DNA of 64,000 nucleotides, taken from positions 6,949 through 70,948 of the forward strand of contig JAQWLH010000254.1 of NCBI GenBank assembly GCA_029247405.1. The letters run 5' to 3'. Position 1 is the stretch's first letter, and each line of letters begins with the position of its first letter. Both the position numbers and the translations under genes were made by a program. The notes beneath the pieces were generated by a model. The model worked only from the letters and a program-made list of their open reading frames with translations, was not told the origin of the DNA and made no database searches. Origin of the DNA: Mariniblastus sp. Its GTDB lineage: Bacteria; Planctomycetota; Planctomycetia; Pirellulales; Pirellulaceae. Shown in pieces: positions 30,428 to 39,797 of this stretch.

Positions 30428-31216
30428 ATGAAACCAGATCCCAAAATTGACCCCCTCATGCTTCAGCGGCTTGTTGATGGAGAGTTGGAAAATGAAACAA
30501 TCCAGCAAGTCCTAATGGGTGCGAAGTCAGCTCCAGACCAGTGGCAAGAAATTGCACTCGGATTTGTCGAGAATCAAACTTGGCAAAGTGCATTTCAATC
30601 ACAAACAGGATCACCCCAACGTGCTGCTAAGACTCAACTGTCGAATCACGCATTGGGTTCGCTTGAATCCAATCCGTCATTCTCTCCCAAGGACCAACCG
30701 ATAAGCACACCCTCTCGCAGTCGAAACTCGACGCCTTGGTGGGTGATGGCGGCCAGCTTGTTGGTGGCGGCAACCATTGGCTACATGGCAAGTGAAATTC
30801 GGGGGCGCACGGTGCCTTCATCCAACACCCTTGTCGAAAATAAAGCTCCCCAACTGGATTCGCAAATCGCCCAACCATCGCCGCTTGCTCAAAAAAGTTC
30901 ACCTCTGTTGACACCAGCCAGCTTGAAACCTGCTTATCATCTTGAAGTTTCAAACAGTAATGAAAAGTTTAAAGATTTGTCAGTCGATGATGCCAATGCT
31001 CGAGTACCGATTTATCGTGTGGGAAGTGAACAGCAGCTCAGGCAGTTTCAGTCGAAGAGGCGGGACGAAGCGGCGATTCCAAATGAAGTTCTCGCACGGT
31101 TATTGCGTGCTGGATACCAGATCGAACAGGAAATTGAACTTATTTCAGGTCAACTAAGTGACGGCGAATCATTTGTCGTGCCTGTGCGAACGCTCCGCTT
31201 CGTCGTTGGACAATAA
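30428..31216 (+). CDS. Putative membrane anti-sigma factor (planctomycete type)
   Basis: Starts 2 bp after the sigma gene; LQRLVDGEL N-terminus; single TM WWVMAASLLVAATIGY. Confidence 0.72.
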   Translation: MKPDPKIDPLMLQRLVDGELENETIQQVLMGAKSAPDQWQEIALGFVENQTWQSAFQSQTGSPQRAAKTQLSNHALGSLESNPSFSPKDQPISTPSRSRNSTPWWVMAASLLVAATIGYMASEIRGRTVPSSNTLVENKAPQLDSQIAQPSPLAQKSSPLLTPASLKPAYHLEVSNSNEKFKDLSVDDANARVPIYRVGSEQQLRQFQSKRRDEAAIPNEVLARLLRAGYQIEQEIELISGQLSDGESFVVPVRTLRFVVGQ

Positions 31217-31315
31217 ATGACTTTCTGGCGATGAAATCACTTCCCTAAAACACAACTTTTAACCAAACAACCTTTTTGCTTATCATCTGCACAAAAGCTA
31301 GATCAGGAGATAAAA

Positions 31316-32413
31316 ATGAATTTTACTTTTCAACGAAACCACATTTTAAAATCAATTGCGATTACTGGAATCATGGCCGGCTTTGGATGGATCAATGGTT
31401 CTAGTTCCTTGACGGCTCAAGACGGTCAGCCAATTGTGATTATTGACCGATATGGCGAACGAGTAGAATCTGGCTTGCCGGGCACTCAATCGAGCAGCTC
31501 CGCACGAGCGAGCTCTAGCGCGGGTTCGAGTGCAAGTGCTGGATCGAGTGGCGGCTCAAGTGCAAGATCCCGCAGACAGTCTCAAAGCAGCAGCAAGCGA
31601 TCCCAGACTCAATCGGGCGGACAAACCGCTCAGGCAAAAAGCAGGATTTCCGTTCAAAACAAGGACGGGAGGGTCACCATCATTGATAGCGAAGGCAATA
31701 AGCGAGAACTTAATCTTGAAGGTGCGCAAGGCATTATCATCAATCAGGGTGAAAAGACAGTCATTGAAAATGGCCAGAAAAAACTACAGGTATTTGGTAA
31801 AGCGATTATTGTGGGTCCCGATGGAAAACGTCAGGAGATTGAAATCAGCGATCCCATGGCAATGGGAATTTTTGATTTAGGCGGCATTAAAGGGAATGTG
31901 CTCGCAACTTATATCGACAACAAATTTGTTATTGGCGTAAATTGCGATCCCGTCAGTGATGTTTTGGCTTCCCAATTGAGCTTGGAAACCGGCACTGGCC
32001 TTGTTGTTCTCTCAATCAGCAAGGGATCAGCTGCTGCCAAAGCCGGCATTCAAAAACATGACATATTGATGTTCGCAGACGACCGTCAGCTTTCTCAAGT
32101 GTCTGACCTGACAGAAGTGATTCAGACTGCAGGGAAGGAAAAATCAAAGATCTCGTTTACGATCATTCGAGGTGGCAAAGAAGTCGGAATCAATGTCAGC
32201 CCAGTCGAGCGTTCAGCAAACCAGCCAAAAATCAACGGCAATTTCAATCTTCAAATGCGACAAGCTTTACCGGGGATCATTTTCGATCCTGAGTTTGCTC
32301 CGAACAACAAAGATCTCGACACTCAAATGAAAGAGCAGATGGACGAAATGCTCAAGCGAATGGATCAAATGCACCGGCGGATGGAACAACAGTTCAACAA
32401 GGATGGAAAGTAA
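31316..32413 (+). CDS. Secreted PDZ-domain protein with Ser-rich region, no protease domain
   Basis: IGVNC..GLVVLSISKGSAAAKAGIQKHDIL..IIRGGK PDZ; AGGAG RBS. Confidence 0.78.
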   Translation: MNFTFQRNHILKSIAITGIMAGFGWINGSSSLTAQDGQPIVIIDRYGERVESGLPGTQSSSSARASSSAGSSASAGSSGGSSARSRRQSQSSSKRSQTQSGGQTAQAKSRISVQNKDGRVTIIDSEGNKRELNLEGAQGIIINQGEKTVIENGQKKLQVFGKAIIVGPDGKRQEIEISDPMAMGIFDLGGIKGNVLATYIDNKFVIGVNCDPVSDVLASQLSLETGTGLVVLSISKGSAAAKAGIQKHDILMFADDRQLSQVSDLTEVIQTAGKEKSKISFTIIRGGKEVGINVSPVERSANQPKINGNFNLQMRQALPGIIFDPEFAPNNKDLDTQMKEQMDEMLKRMDQMHRRMEQQFNKDGK

Positions 32414-32506
32414 CAACGGAAAAACTTTACATGGTTCACATTTAGACCTCATGGCTCAGTGTGCCAATTAAATTCGAATTCAACAGATAATTTACTGGAG
32501 CAAGAA

Positions 32507-33376
32507 ATGAAGCGACTTTTTCAAGTCATTTTTTACGGATTAACATCGGTATGCGTTCTCGGCGTCGCGTCGGCTCAAGAGGAAAATGAGGGCTCGGAAA
32601 CCACTGAACAGCGAACTGAAATGACAGTCCTAGCTGGTGATGGATTTGCAGCCCCCATGATCTTTTCGACCTCCGAAAATATCGATGGAAATGGCATGAG
32701 CTCCGGGGTACAAATCTTGTCGGGCTTGGGAGGAATGCCAATGAGCTTCACGGGGAATGCTGTTGGCAATTTTCCGATGCCTGCTCCAGATCCCTGGAGC
32801 ATGATCGATAATCCAAGCGTGCAAAAAGATCTGGAACTCGTTGGCGACCAACTTAACAAAGTAAAAGAGCTTCAACGGAACTTTGCTCAGCAAATGAAAG
32901 AGCGGATCGGAGACTTGAGTAAAGGCGGAATAAACCCCGACCGGTTTAAAGGACTTGGTGAGGTGATGGCTAAACTTCGGGAAGAGCAAAAATTGCAAAT
33001 GGAAAAAGTTCTTTTACCCCATCAAATCGAACGTCTAAAACAAGTCGCTTTGCAAACCCACATGAAACAAGCGGGTACTTCCAACGCACTTGCAAGTAAT
33101 GCTGTTGCCGAGGCACTTAATATTACCGATGAGCAAAAAGAGAAATTGAAAACTCGGGCCAAGGAAATCAATGAACAATTGAAAAAAGACATTGAAGCGT
33201 TGAGACAAAAAGCCAAAGAAGGTCTCCTCAAAGAAGTCCTGACAACCGAACAGCGAACCTCACTGAAAAAAATGATCGGTGAAAAGTACGAGCCGCAAAA
33301 CAAGGATTGGGTAGAACAATTTAAAGGTCTGTCACCGCGGACTGAGCGTCGTTTGAGGAGCAAACAAAAGAACTAA
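32507..33376 (+). CDS. Secreted helical-repeat protein (Spy/CpxP-like LTxxQ motifs)
   Basis: Signal peptide; VQKDLEL, VLLPHQ, LNITDEQKEKL, VLTTEQR motifs; GGAG RBS. Confidence 0.6.
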   Translation: MKRLFQVIFYGLTSVCVLGVASAQEENEGSETTEQRTEMTVLAGDGFAAPMIFSTSENIDGNGMSSGVQILSGLGGMPMSFTGNAVGNFPMPAPDPWSMIDNPSVQKDLELVGDQLNKVKELQRNFAQQMKERIGDLSKGGINPDRFKGLGEVMAKLREEQKLQMEKVLLPHQIERLKQVALQTHMKQAGTSNALASNAVAEALNITDEQKEKLKTRAKEINEQLKKDIEALRQKAKEGLLKEVLTTEQRTSLKKMIGEKYEPQNKDWVEQFKGLSPRTERRLRSKQKN

Positions 33377-33451
33377 TTGAATCCAATAGTTCGAAACACT
33401 GGATTCTCAAACGCCATTCCAAAACGATTTGCCTTGCCAAATTTATTACCC

Positions 33452-33477
33452 AGCACGCTTCACGCGTGCTTTTTTTT
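33452..33477 (+). terminator. Rho-independent terminator ending the ECF cluster
   Basis: AGCACGC-TTCAC-GCGTGCT followed by T7. Confidence 0.75.
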
Positions 33478-33592
33478 CGCGCACACCAAAGCGATCTCAG
33501 CTACGCAAACCAGCACCCCAAGTCTTGCTTGGTTTAACAATCATCTTGTCCCAACAGATCAAGACTCTGGGTTGATCAATTTCTAATTGATA

Positions 33593-34348
33593 CTAAATCA
33601 AGGTCGCATTTTCATCGAAGTCTGGTTGCCAGAGGGCACGACCTACGAAAAATGGACCCATTTTTTCAATGAATTCTGAAGTCTGTCGAGTCCGCCGCAT
33701 ATGCTGTACCAACGCCGAAAGTGGAAACAATTCTTGGCCCAGCAGTCCAATAATAAAATCGTTGTCGTCTTTGTTCAAACCATGACCGGCAAGTCGAATG
33801 TCAGTTGCAAATCCGGCTTTGCCATAGGCGTGGCCAATGCCGCCATGTTCCATCAACATCTTACGCTGCTCTTCGCGTGGTTGACGCTCAAACGAGCCAC
33901 TACGGCGAACAGGATAGTAAACCGCCCACGGAGTTGCTTTGTCACAAATCCGGCGAGCAGGGCGACTAATCAAGACGTCTTCGAGATCAGCTTCGTAGCC
34001 AATGGAGTAAGTTCGACCAACCATTGTAAATTCTTCCCGGTATTCCATCTCCGCAAGCTCGGTTCGATTTAAAATCGGTTGAATTTGGTCAACGATATAG
34101 CTTGGATTTTCGCAATAGACCATGATCCCAATGCTCTTTGAGTCGCTGAGATCCTGATAGATTACCGCTTGCGCAGAGATGTTTTCAAACTGCTCAACGA
34201 GCAAATCAATGTTCACGTTTCGATAAACCATGAATTGCATAAACAGCCGACGATCGAGCGCTACGGGTTTTCCCTCGGCGCTGCGTCCCTTTTCACTTAG
34301 GTCGATATTACCCACGTTGTCAGTTGTCTCGGTCTTTTTGTCATTCAT
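33593..34348 (-). CDS. Chlorite dismutase family protein, probable coproheme decarboxylase (ChdC/HemQ)
   Basis: YYPVRR, MEHGGIG, GLNKDDNDF, MRRTRQTS..GPFFVG. Confidence 0.75.
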   Translation of the reverse strand: MNDKKTETTDNVGNIDLSEKGRSAEGKPVALDRRLFMQFMVYRNVNIDLLVEQFENISAQAVIYQDLSDSKSIGIMVYCENPSYIVDQIQPILNRTELAEMEYREEFTMVGRTYSIGYEADLEDVLISRPARRICDKATPWAVYYPVRRSGSFERQPREEQRKMLMEHGGIGHAYGKAGFATDIRLAGHGLNKDDNDFIIGLLGQELFPLSALVQHMRRTRQTSEFIEKMGPFFVGRALWQPDFDENATLI

Positions 34349-34657
34349 GATTATGTTTCTATTTTGCTGGCTCGGGAGACAATTTCTCCACTGAAGAATT
34401 GTTTTTTACCGGGTTCACCCCTTGAAATCCTGTTTGCTTTCGTGCGGAGCTTCGAAGCGTCCCAAATGCACAGGAATTGTATTTTACTTCATGGCAAAAG
34501 CTAAAAAGGTTTTTAGCTTTTATCTCGGATGTGATCTAAATTTACCGTATTCGACACCGTTGGATCGCAGGCTGTTTAACGTTCATGGTTATTGGAAACT
34601 GTAAATGTTTGCAATCAATTGAAAATTACATTGAATGCCAGACAGCTGATAGTTTAT

Positions 34658-35752
34658 TCAAAGTTGGCCCAGCGCGATTCGCAGCATTCGCCGTAGAGGT
34701 TCAGCGGCACCCCACAAAAGTTGATCGCCAACAGTAAAGCAGGTCAAGTATTCCGGACCAAGCGTCATCTTGCGAATCCGTCCAACGGGGATTTGCATGC
34801 TACCTGAAACCATAGTTGGGGTCAGTTCAGCACAAGTCGCTTCTTTGTGATTGGGCACGACGCGAACCCACTGGTTGGCCGAATCGATAACCTGCTCTAT
34901 CTCTGCAAGCCCTACGTTTTTGGTTAGTTTGATCGTGATGGCTTGGCTGTGGCAACGCATCGCCCCTATGCGAACACATTGGCCATCGACAGGAATCGTT
35001 TGCCCCGTTGCCAGTATTTTATTCGATTCGACTTGGCCCTTCCATTCTTCTCGCGTCTGACCGTTGTCCATGCAGCGATCGATCCATGGAATCAGGCTTC
35101 CTGCCAGGGGAGCTCCAAAATTTTCGATCGGAAACTCAGTGGACCGCAATTTTTCTGACACTGCGCGTTCAAGTTCCAAGGCAGCTTGGCCACTGTTACA
35201 TCCTCCAAGTTCACCCATTTGATTGACCAGCTCGATCATGTTCTTGGCACCGGCTCCAGACGCAGATTGGTAAGTCATGGTCGACACCCATTCCACCCAG
35301 TTCTGTTGGAAGAGGCCGTCCAACCCCATCAGCATCAATGAAACAGTGCAATTGCCTCCCGTGAAATTCTTGATCCCTTGATCCAGACCCCGGTCGATAA
35401 CGTCGCGGTTAACTGGATCGAGCACAATGAGTGCCGAATCATCCATGCGTAAGGAAGAAGCGGCATCGATCCACAGTCCATCCCAGCCGGCATCACGAAG
35501 TTGGGGATGAACGCGATTCGTATAATCACCACCCTGACACGTGACGATAATCTCAGATTCTGCCAGTGAATGAATGTCATACGCGTCAGATAGTGGCTTG
35601 GAACCGGATCCCACATCTGGACCGAGTTGACCCGCTTGGGAAGTTGAAAAAAATCGTGTTTCTTGTCCGGCGAAGTCACCTTCTTGGCGCATTCGGTCCA
35701 TCAGCACAGAGCCCACCATGCCTCGCCAACCGACCATGCCTACTATCTTCAT
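34658..35752 (-). CDS. asd: Aspartate-semialdehyde dehydrogenase
   Basis: [50 protein letters not shown]. Confidence 0.97.
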   Translation of the reverse strand: MKIVGMVGWRGMVGSVLMDRMRQEGDFAGQETRFFSTSQAGQLGPDVGSGSKPLSDAYDIHSLAESEIIVTCQGGDYTNRVHPQLRDAGWDGLWIDAASSLRMDDSALIVLDPVNRDVIDRGLDQGIKNFTGGNCTVSLMLMGLDGLFQQNWVEWVSTMTYQSASGAGAKNMIELVNQMGELGGCNSGQAALELERAVSEKLRSTEFPIENFGAPLAGSLIPWIDRCMDNGQTREEWKGQVESNKILATGQTIPVDGQCVRIGAMRCHSQAITIKLTKNVGLAEIEQVIDSANQWVRVVPNHKEATCAELTPTMVSGSMQIPVGRIRKMTLGPEYLTCFTVGDQLLWGAAEPLRRMLRIALGQL

Positions 35753-35991
35753 TGCTGCTTTCCATTACCTACCGGCAGAGCCGTAGAAGTGCTTAATTCA
35801 ACTGCCACAAAATGACGTGACCGATGACTCTGATTTTAAGTTCACTGCCGCTCTTTTGCTAACCCTCTTGGGTATTCATGAAGTCGTTGATAAACCAAAT
35901 TTTTCAACTCGCCGGGCGAATCCGAATTGGCGGGTCGCGAATTGGTTTCTCCGAAACCTTTCGACCATGGTCGGTATCACACCGACCGAAA

Positions 35992-36025
35992 GGCCGCAAG
36001 GCAAGGTAAAACGGCCGCAAGGCAA
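35992..36025. repeat. 13-bp direct repeat GGCCGCAAGGCAA x2 (21-bp period)
   Basis: Copies at 35992-36004 and 36013-36025. Confidence 0.8.
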
Positions 36026-36078
36026 AACTCAGTTCCCAAGCAGCTAAACTAGATCATTGGGTTACCAAGAAATTTAGC

Positions 36079-38259
36079 TTATTGACCGGTTGGCAAATCT
36101 GGCTCCAACCCAAGATGCTTGGCGAGGAAAGCCCATTGATCGGCAACCTCCTCGATAATCTTTGCCGTCGGTTTCCCGGCGCCATGGCCTGCCTTCGACT
36201 CAATCCGAATCAATACGGGATTGGGACCGTCGTGGGCTTCCTGAAGCCGCGCTGCAAATTTGAAACTGTGACCTGGTACCACTCGGTCGTCCGTATCAGC
36301 TGTGGTAACCATCGTGGCTGGATAAGACGTTCCATCGACTAGATTGTGATAGGGCGAATAGGCATTTAGTGCTTCAAACTCCTGCTTGCTCTCATCGGCA
36401 CACCCGTAATCGTCAACCCAAAAACGCCCGGCGGTAAATTTGTGAAACCGCAGCATGTCCATCACACCTACTGCCGGCAAACAAGCTCCATACAAATCAG
36501 GCCGCTGGGTCATGCACGCTCCAACGAGCAAACCACCATTGCTGCCCCCTTGAATCCCAAGATTGTTTGACGAGGTGTATTTGTTTTCGATTAAATATTC
36601 ACCAGCCGCGATAAAGTCATCAAACACATTTTGCTTCTTTGTTTTTGTGCCAGCCTTGTGCCATTCCTTTCCATATTCGCCACCCCCGCGCAAGTTGGGC
36701 ATTGCAAACACTCCGCCCATCTCCATCCACTGCAGTCGTTGGATTGAGAAACTCGGTGTCAACGAGATATTGAATCCGCCGTAGGCGTAAAGTAACGTTG
36801 GATTGGTACCATCAAGCACGAGTCCTTTTTTATGGGCAATGAACATGGGAACTTTCGTTCCATCTTTGCTTGTATAAAACACTTGCTTGACTTCGAAATC
36901 ATCAGGATTGAAGTCCACTTTGGCTCGACGAATCAGTGTGCTTTTCCCACTTTTTAGATCGTAACGATAGATACTTGGGGGCTGGTTGAAGCTGGAAAAA
37001 CTATAGAAAGTCTCCGTATGATCACGACGCCCACCAAAACCCCCGGCTGAACCAATTCCGGGAAAATCAACTTCCCGCTCATACTTTCCATTGAGATCGT
37101 ACAGCTTGATTTGGGTCTTCGCATCCTTGAGGTGATCGAGAATCAAATAACCGCCGACGATCCCAGCACTCTCCATTGCTTCTTCGGCCTCGGGAACGAC
37201 AACCTGCCAATTCTCTTTCGCTGGATCGTTAACATCGATCACAAGAATACATTTCTTTGGCGCTTCAAAATCCGATTTGAAATAAAATTTGGATCCCTCA
37301 TTTCCAATGAAACTGTATTCATTCTCGAAGTTATCAATCAAGACTGTTAAGTCAGAATTTTTACTTTCAAGATCGCGATACAAAATCCGATAACGGTCGT
37401 CCGTGCCTTGCCAAACCGTAATCACTAAATAACGACCGTCTTCAGTGACACTCGGGAGAAAACCCCATTTCGGATTTTCTGGATTTGAATGGATCAGTTG
37501 GTCGTCTTTTTGATTGTCGCCGATTTTGTGATAGTAAACCTTCTGTCCTAAATTCAATCCTTGAAACTTCTCGCCCGATTTTGGCGCATCGTAGCAACTG
37601 TAATAGAAACCCTTTGAATCCTTGGTCCATGAAACGCCACCAAATTTAATCCAGTTCAGTTCATCTGAAAGATCTCTACCCGATTCGACTTCCATGACTT
37701 TCCAACTCCGCCAATCAGATCCAGCTTTCTGGATTCCGTAAGCCATCAACTCGCCGTTGTCACTGAATGCCATGCCACCCATTGCGTCGGTGCCGTCGGC
37801 AGACCATTGGTTCGGATCAACTAAAACTTCTGGTTTGGCATCGAGAGTCTCTAACTTGTAAAGCACGCTTTGATTCTGAAGACCATCGTTTTTGTAGTAA
37901 AAGAACCGATCTCCTCGTCGAAAAGGAACTCCATATTTTTCATAATCCCAAAGCTCAGTAAGCCGCGACTCAATTTCCTTTCGATAGGGTAGTTTTTCAA
38001 TTGCGGCAAAAGTAACCTGGTTTTGGGCGTCAACCCAAGCACGTACCTCGTCAGATTTCCGGACGTCTTCTTCAAGCCAGCGGAATGGATCTGAAACAGG
38101 AGTCCCGAAAAAGTTGTCGATTTGGTCGACCCGTTTAGTTTTGGGATACACCATCTTCTCCTGAGCAAATCCGCTTGTTGTCATGAGGGCAATTGCCAAA
38201 ACAAAGCTTATTAATGGCATTATTACAATTTGATTCATTTTTATCTGATTCCCAAACAT
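36079..38259 (-). CDS. Prolyl oligopeptidase (S9A)
   Basis: DPFRWLE, YGGFN, NLRGGGEYG, GGSNGG (Ser), DDRV (Asp), AGHGAGK (His); signal peptide. Confidence 0.95.
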   Translation of the reverse strand: MFGNQIKMNQIVIMPLISFVLAIALMTTSGFAQEKMVYPKTKRVDQIDNFFGTPVSDPFRWLEEDVRKSDEVRAWVDAQNQVTFAAIEKLPYRKEIESRLTELWDYEKYGVPFRRGDRFFYYKNDGLQNQSVLYKLETLDAKPEVLVDPNQWSADGTDAMGGMAFSDNGELMAYGIQKAGSDWRSWKVMEVESGRDLSDELNWIKFGGVSWTKDSKGFYYSCYDAPKSGEKFQGLNLGQKVYYHKIGDNQKDDQLIHSNPENPKWGFLPSVTEDGRYLVITVWQGTDDRYRILYRDLESKNSDLTVLIDNFENEYSFIGNEGSKFYFKSDFEAPKKCILVIDVNDPAKENWQVVVPEAEEAMESAGIVGGYLILDHLKDAKTQIKLYDLNGKYEREVDFPGIGSAGGFGGRRDHTETFYSFSSFNQPPSIYRYDLKSGKSTLIRRAKVDFNPDDFEVKQVFYTSKDGTKVPMFIAHKKGLVLDGTNPTLLYAYGGFNISLTPSFSIQRLQWMEMGGVFAMPNLRGGGEYGKEWHKAGTKTKKQNVFDDFIAAGEYLIENKYTSSNNLGIQGGSNGGLLVGACMTQRPDLYGACLPAVGVMDMLRFHKFTAGRFWVDDYGCADESKQEFEALNAYSPYHNLVDGTSYPATMVTTADTDDRVVPGHSFKFAARLQEAHDGPNPVLIRIESKAGHGAGKPTAKIIEEVADQWAFLAKHLGLEPDLPTGQ

Positions 38260-38620
38260 CTGAAGGAGTGGGTTTTTGGCGGGTTAACGTGGCCAAACTG
38301 ATAACGTTAACCTTCGACCAAGTCTATCAACAATTCCCCCTGCTAAAACTTTGCTGTCAAATACAGCTAAATTGGGACGGGCTGTGGGAGGAAAATTAAT
38401 TATTTATTTTTTCTAAGTCCTTAACCACAAAGAAATTAAGGTGTGTTGGGGGAGACTGGATCGTCGGAAATGTGGAAGACTATTCAGTTATACCTAGCAG
38501 AAGCGACGACACTTTTAATTGCGACTGGACCAAGTCCGCATAGACGCTAACCGAGATACAAGCGTCCTCATTCATCAAAACTGGATTGATCTTTTCCAGA
38601 AATTTTGTGAGACAGCAACG

Positions 38621-39439
38621 ATGATTAGACCTTTCCACAACCCAAATGATTCAGAACTTCCAGAATTAACTCCGGTTGATCAGAAAATATCCAACACTTC
38701 ACCGGAAAACTCCAAAGCCGGGATTTCCGCAATCACACGCCTTCAAAAGGCCTATGATTCTGCTTATTCATGTAATCGCGATCCATGGGAATTCTCGATG
38801 GAACTGGCGGAGATGCAGAAGGCTGGCATTGAAACGCACGTGCTGAGAACGCTGATTTGCAATGATTTAATAATTCATCGGAAGGAAACCACCGGCTCGG
38901 AACAAGATCGTCGATCATTTGAACCCGTCAACAGTTTGGCTCTCTCTGAGCGTTCTTGCTTCGTAATTTCCAAGCAAGGTTATGCGATCGCTAAAAGCGT
39001 CGCTCAAGCTAACCAGCAGGCTCAAGACAACTCGCCCCCAGCATCTGCAAGCCAACCTCAGCAAACCTCATCCCATCACAGTGGGCCTTTTGTAGAGAAT
39101 AACACCTCGACAGGTCTACTTGGCTCGGCTGGCCGCAGTCACCAGATTTCTAAGCCGATTTGGGATCGCGATCGTCGTGAACTTCGCTTTGGTGACACAG
39201 TAGTCAAGCGTTTCAAATGGCCGGCCGAAAACCAAGAACTTGTTCTCAACGCATTTCAAGATCTTGGTTGGCCTATTCGGGTTGAAAATCCCCTCGCAGC
39301 CCACCCAGGCATCTGCCCAAAACGGCGCTTGCACGACACACTCAAATGCTTGAATCGAAAACAGGTTAACGAATTAATTAAGTTTCGCGGGGACGGCACC
39401 GGCTTAGGTGTACTCTTAGAAATCAACGTCGAAGAGTAA
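38621..39439 (+). CDS. Planctomycete hypothetical protein with putative winged-helix-like C-terminal domain
   Basis: PIWDRDRRELRFG..VKRF..PAENQE..AFQ..GWP..RRLHDTLKCLN; start uncertain. Confidence 0.6.
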   Translation: MIRPFHNPNDSELPELTPVDQKISNTSPENSKAGISAITRLQKAYDSAYSCNRDPWEFSMELAEMQKAGIETHVLRTLICNDLIIHRKETTGSEQDRRSFEPVNSLALSERSCFVISKQGYAIAKSVAQANQQAQDNSPPASASQPQQTSSHHSGPFVENNTSTGLLGSAGRSHQISKPIWDRDRRELRFGDTVVKRFKWPAENQELVLNAFQDLGWPIRVENPLAAHPGICPKRRLHDTLKCLNRKQVNELIKFRGDGTGLGVLLEINVEE

Positions 39440-39487
39440 ACACAATACGAGTTTGCTGCCGTCAAGATACATTTTGCACTACCAATC

Positions 39488-39530
39488 ACTCCGCCGCGAA
39501 CCTGCACCAGCGTTCGCGACGGAGTTTTTA
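39488..39530 (+). terminator. Rho-independent terminator
   Basis: ACTCCGCCGCGAAC...GTTCGCGACGGAGT followed by TTTTA. Confidence 0.65.
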
Positions 39531-39797
39531 TTTGGTACTTGCTGAATTCAGTTTGCGATCAAGTTCACTGCTACAACTTGATACTTAAACTAAAGTTTCC
39601 TGGTGAAAGAAGTTCGGCGATGATCTCTCATTGACAAGAATTCGTTCAACCAACCCTTTCTGCTAAACAGGGTGGTTTTGGCAAAAAACAGAAGAGCGTT
39701 TGAGTTTGTGGATTTAGACGAGATTGTTGAATATCGGATTAATTAGGTCCGATAGTACAGGCACACGTCTTCCCGGTCCTTTGGCGCTGGAGCCCCC

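Noticed and set aside
35760-36078. Lysine riboswitch upstream of asd
   Set aside because: I could not find the conserved AGAGGxGC, GCCGAA and CUGUC-type elements in the right order.
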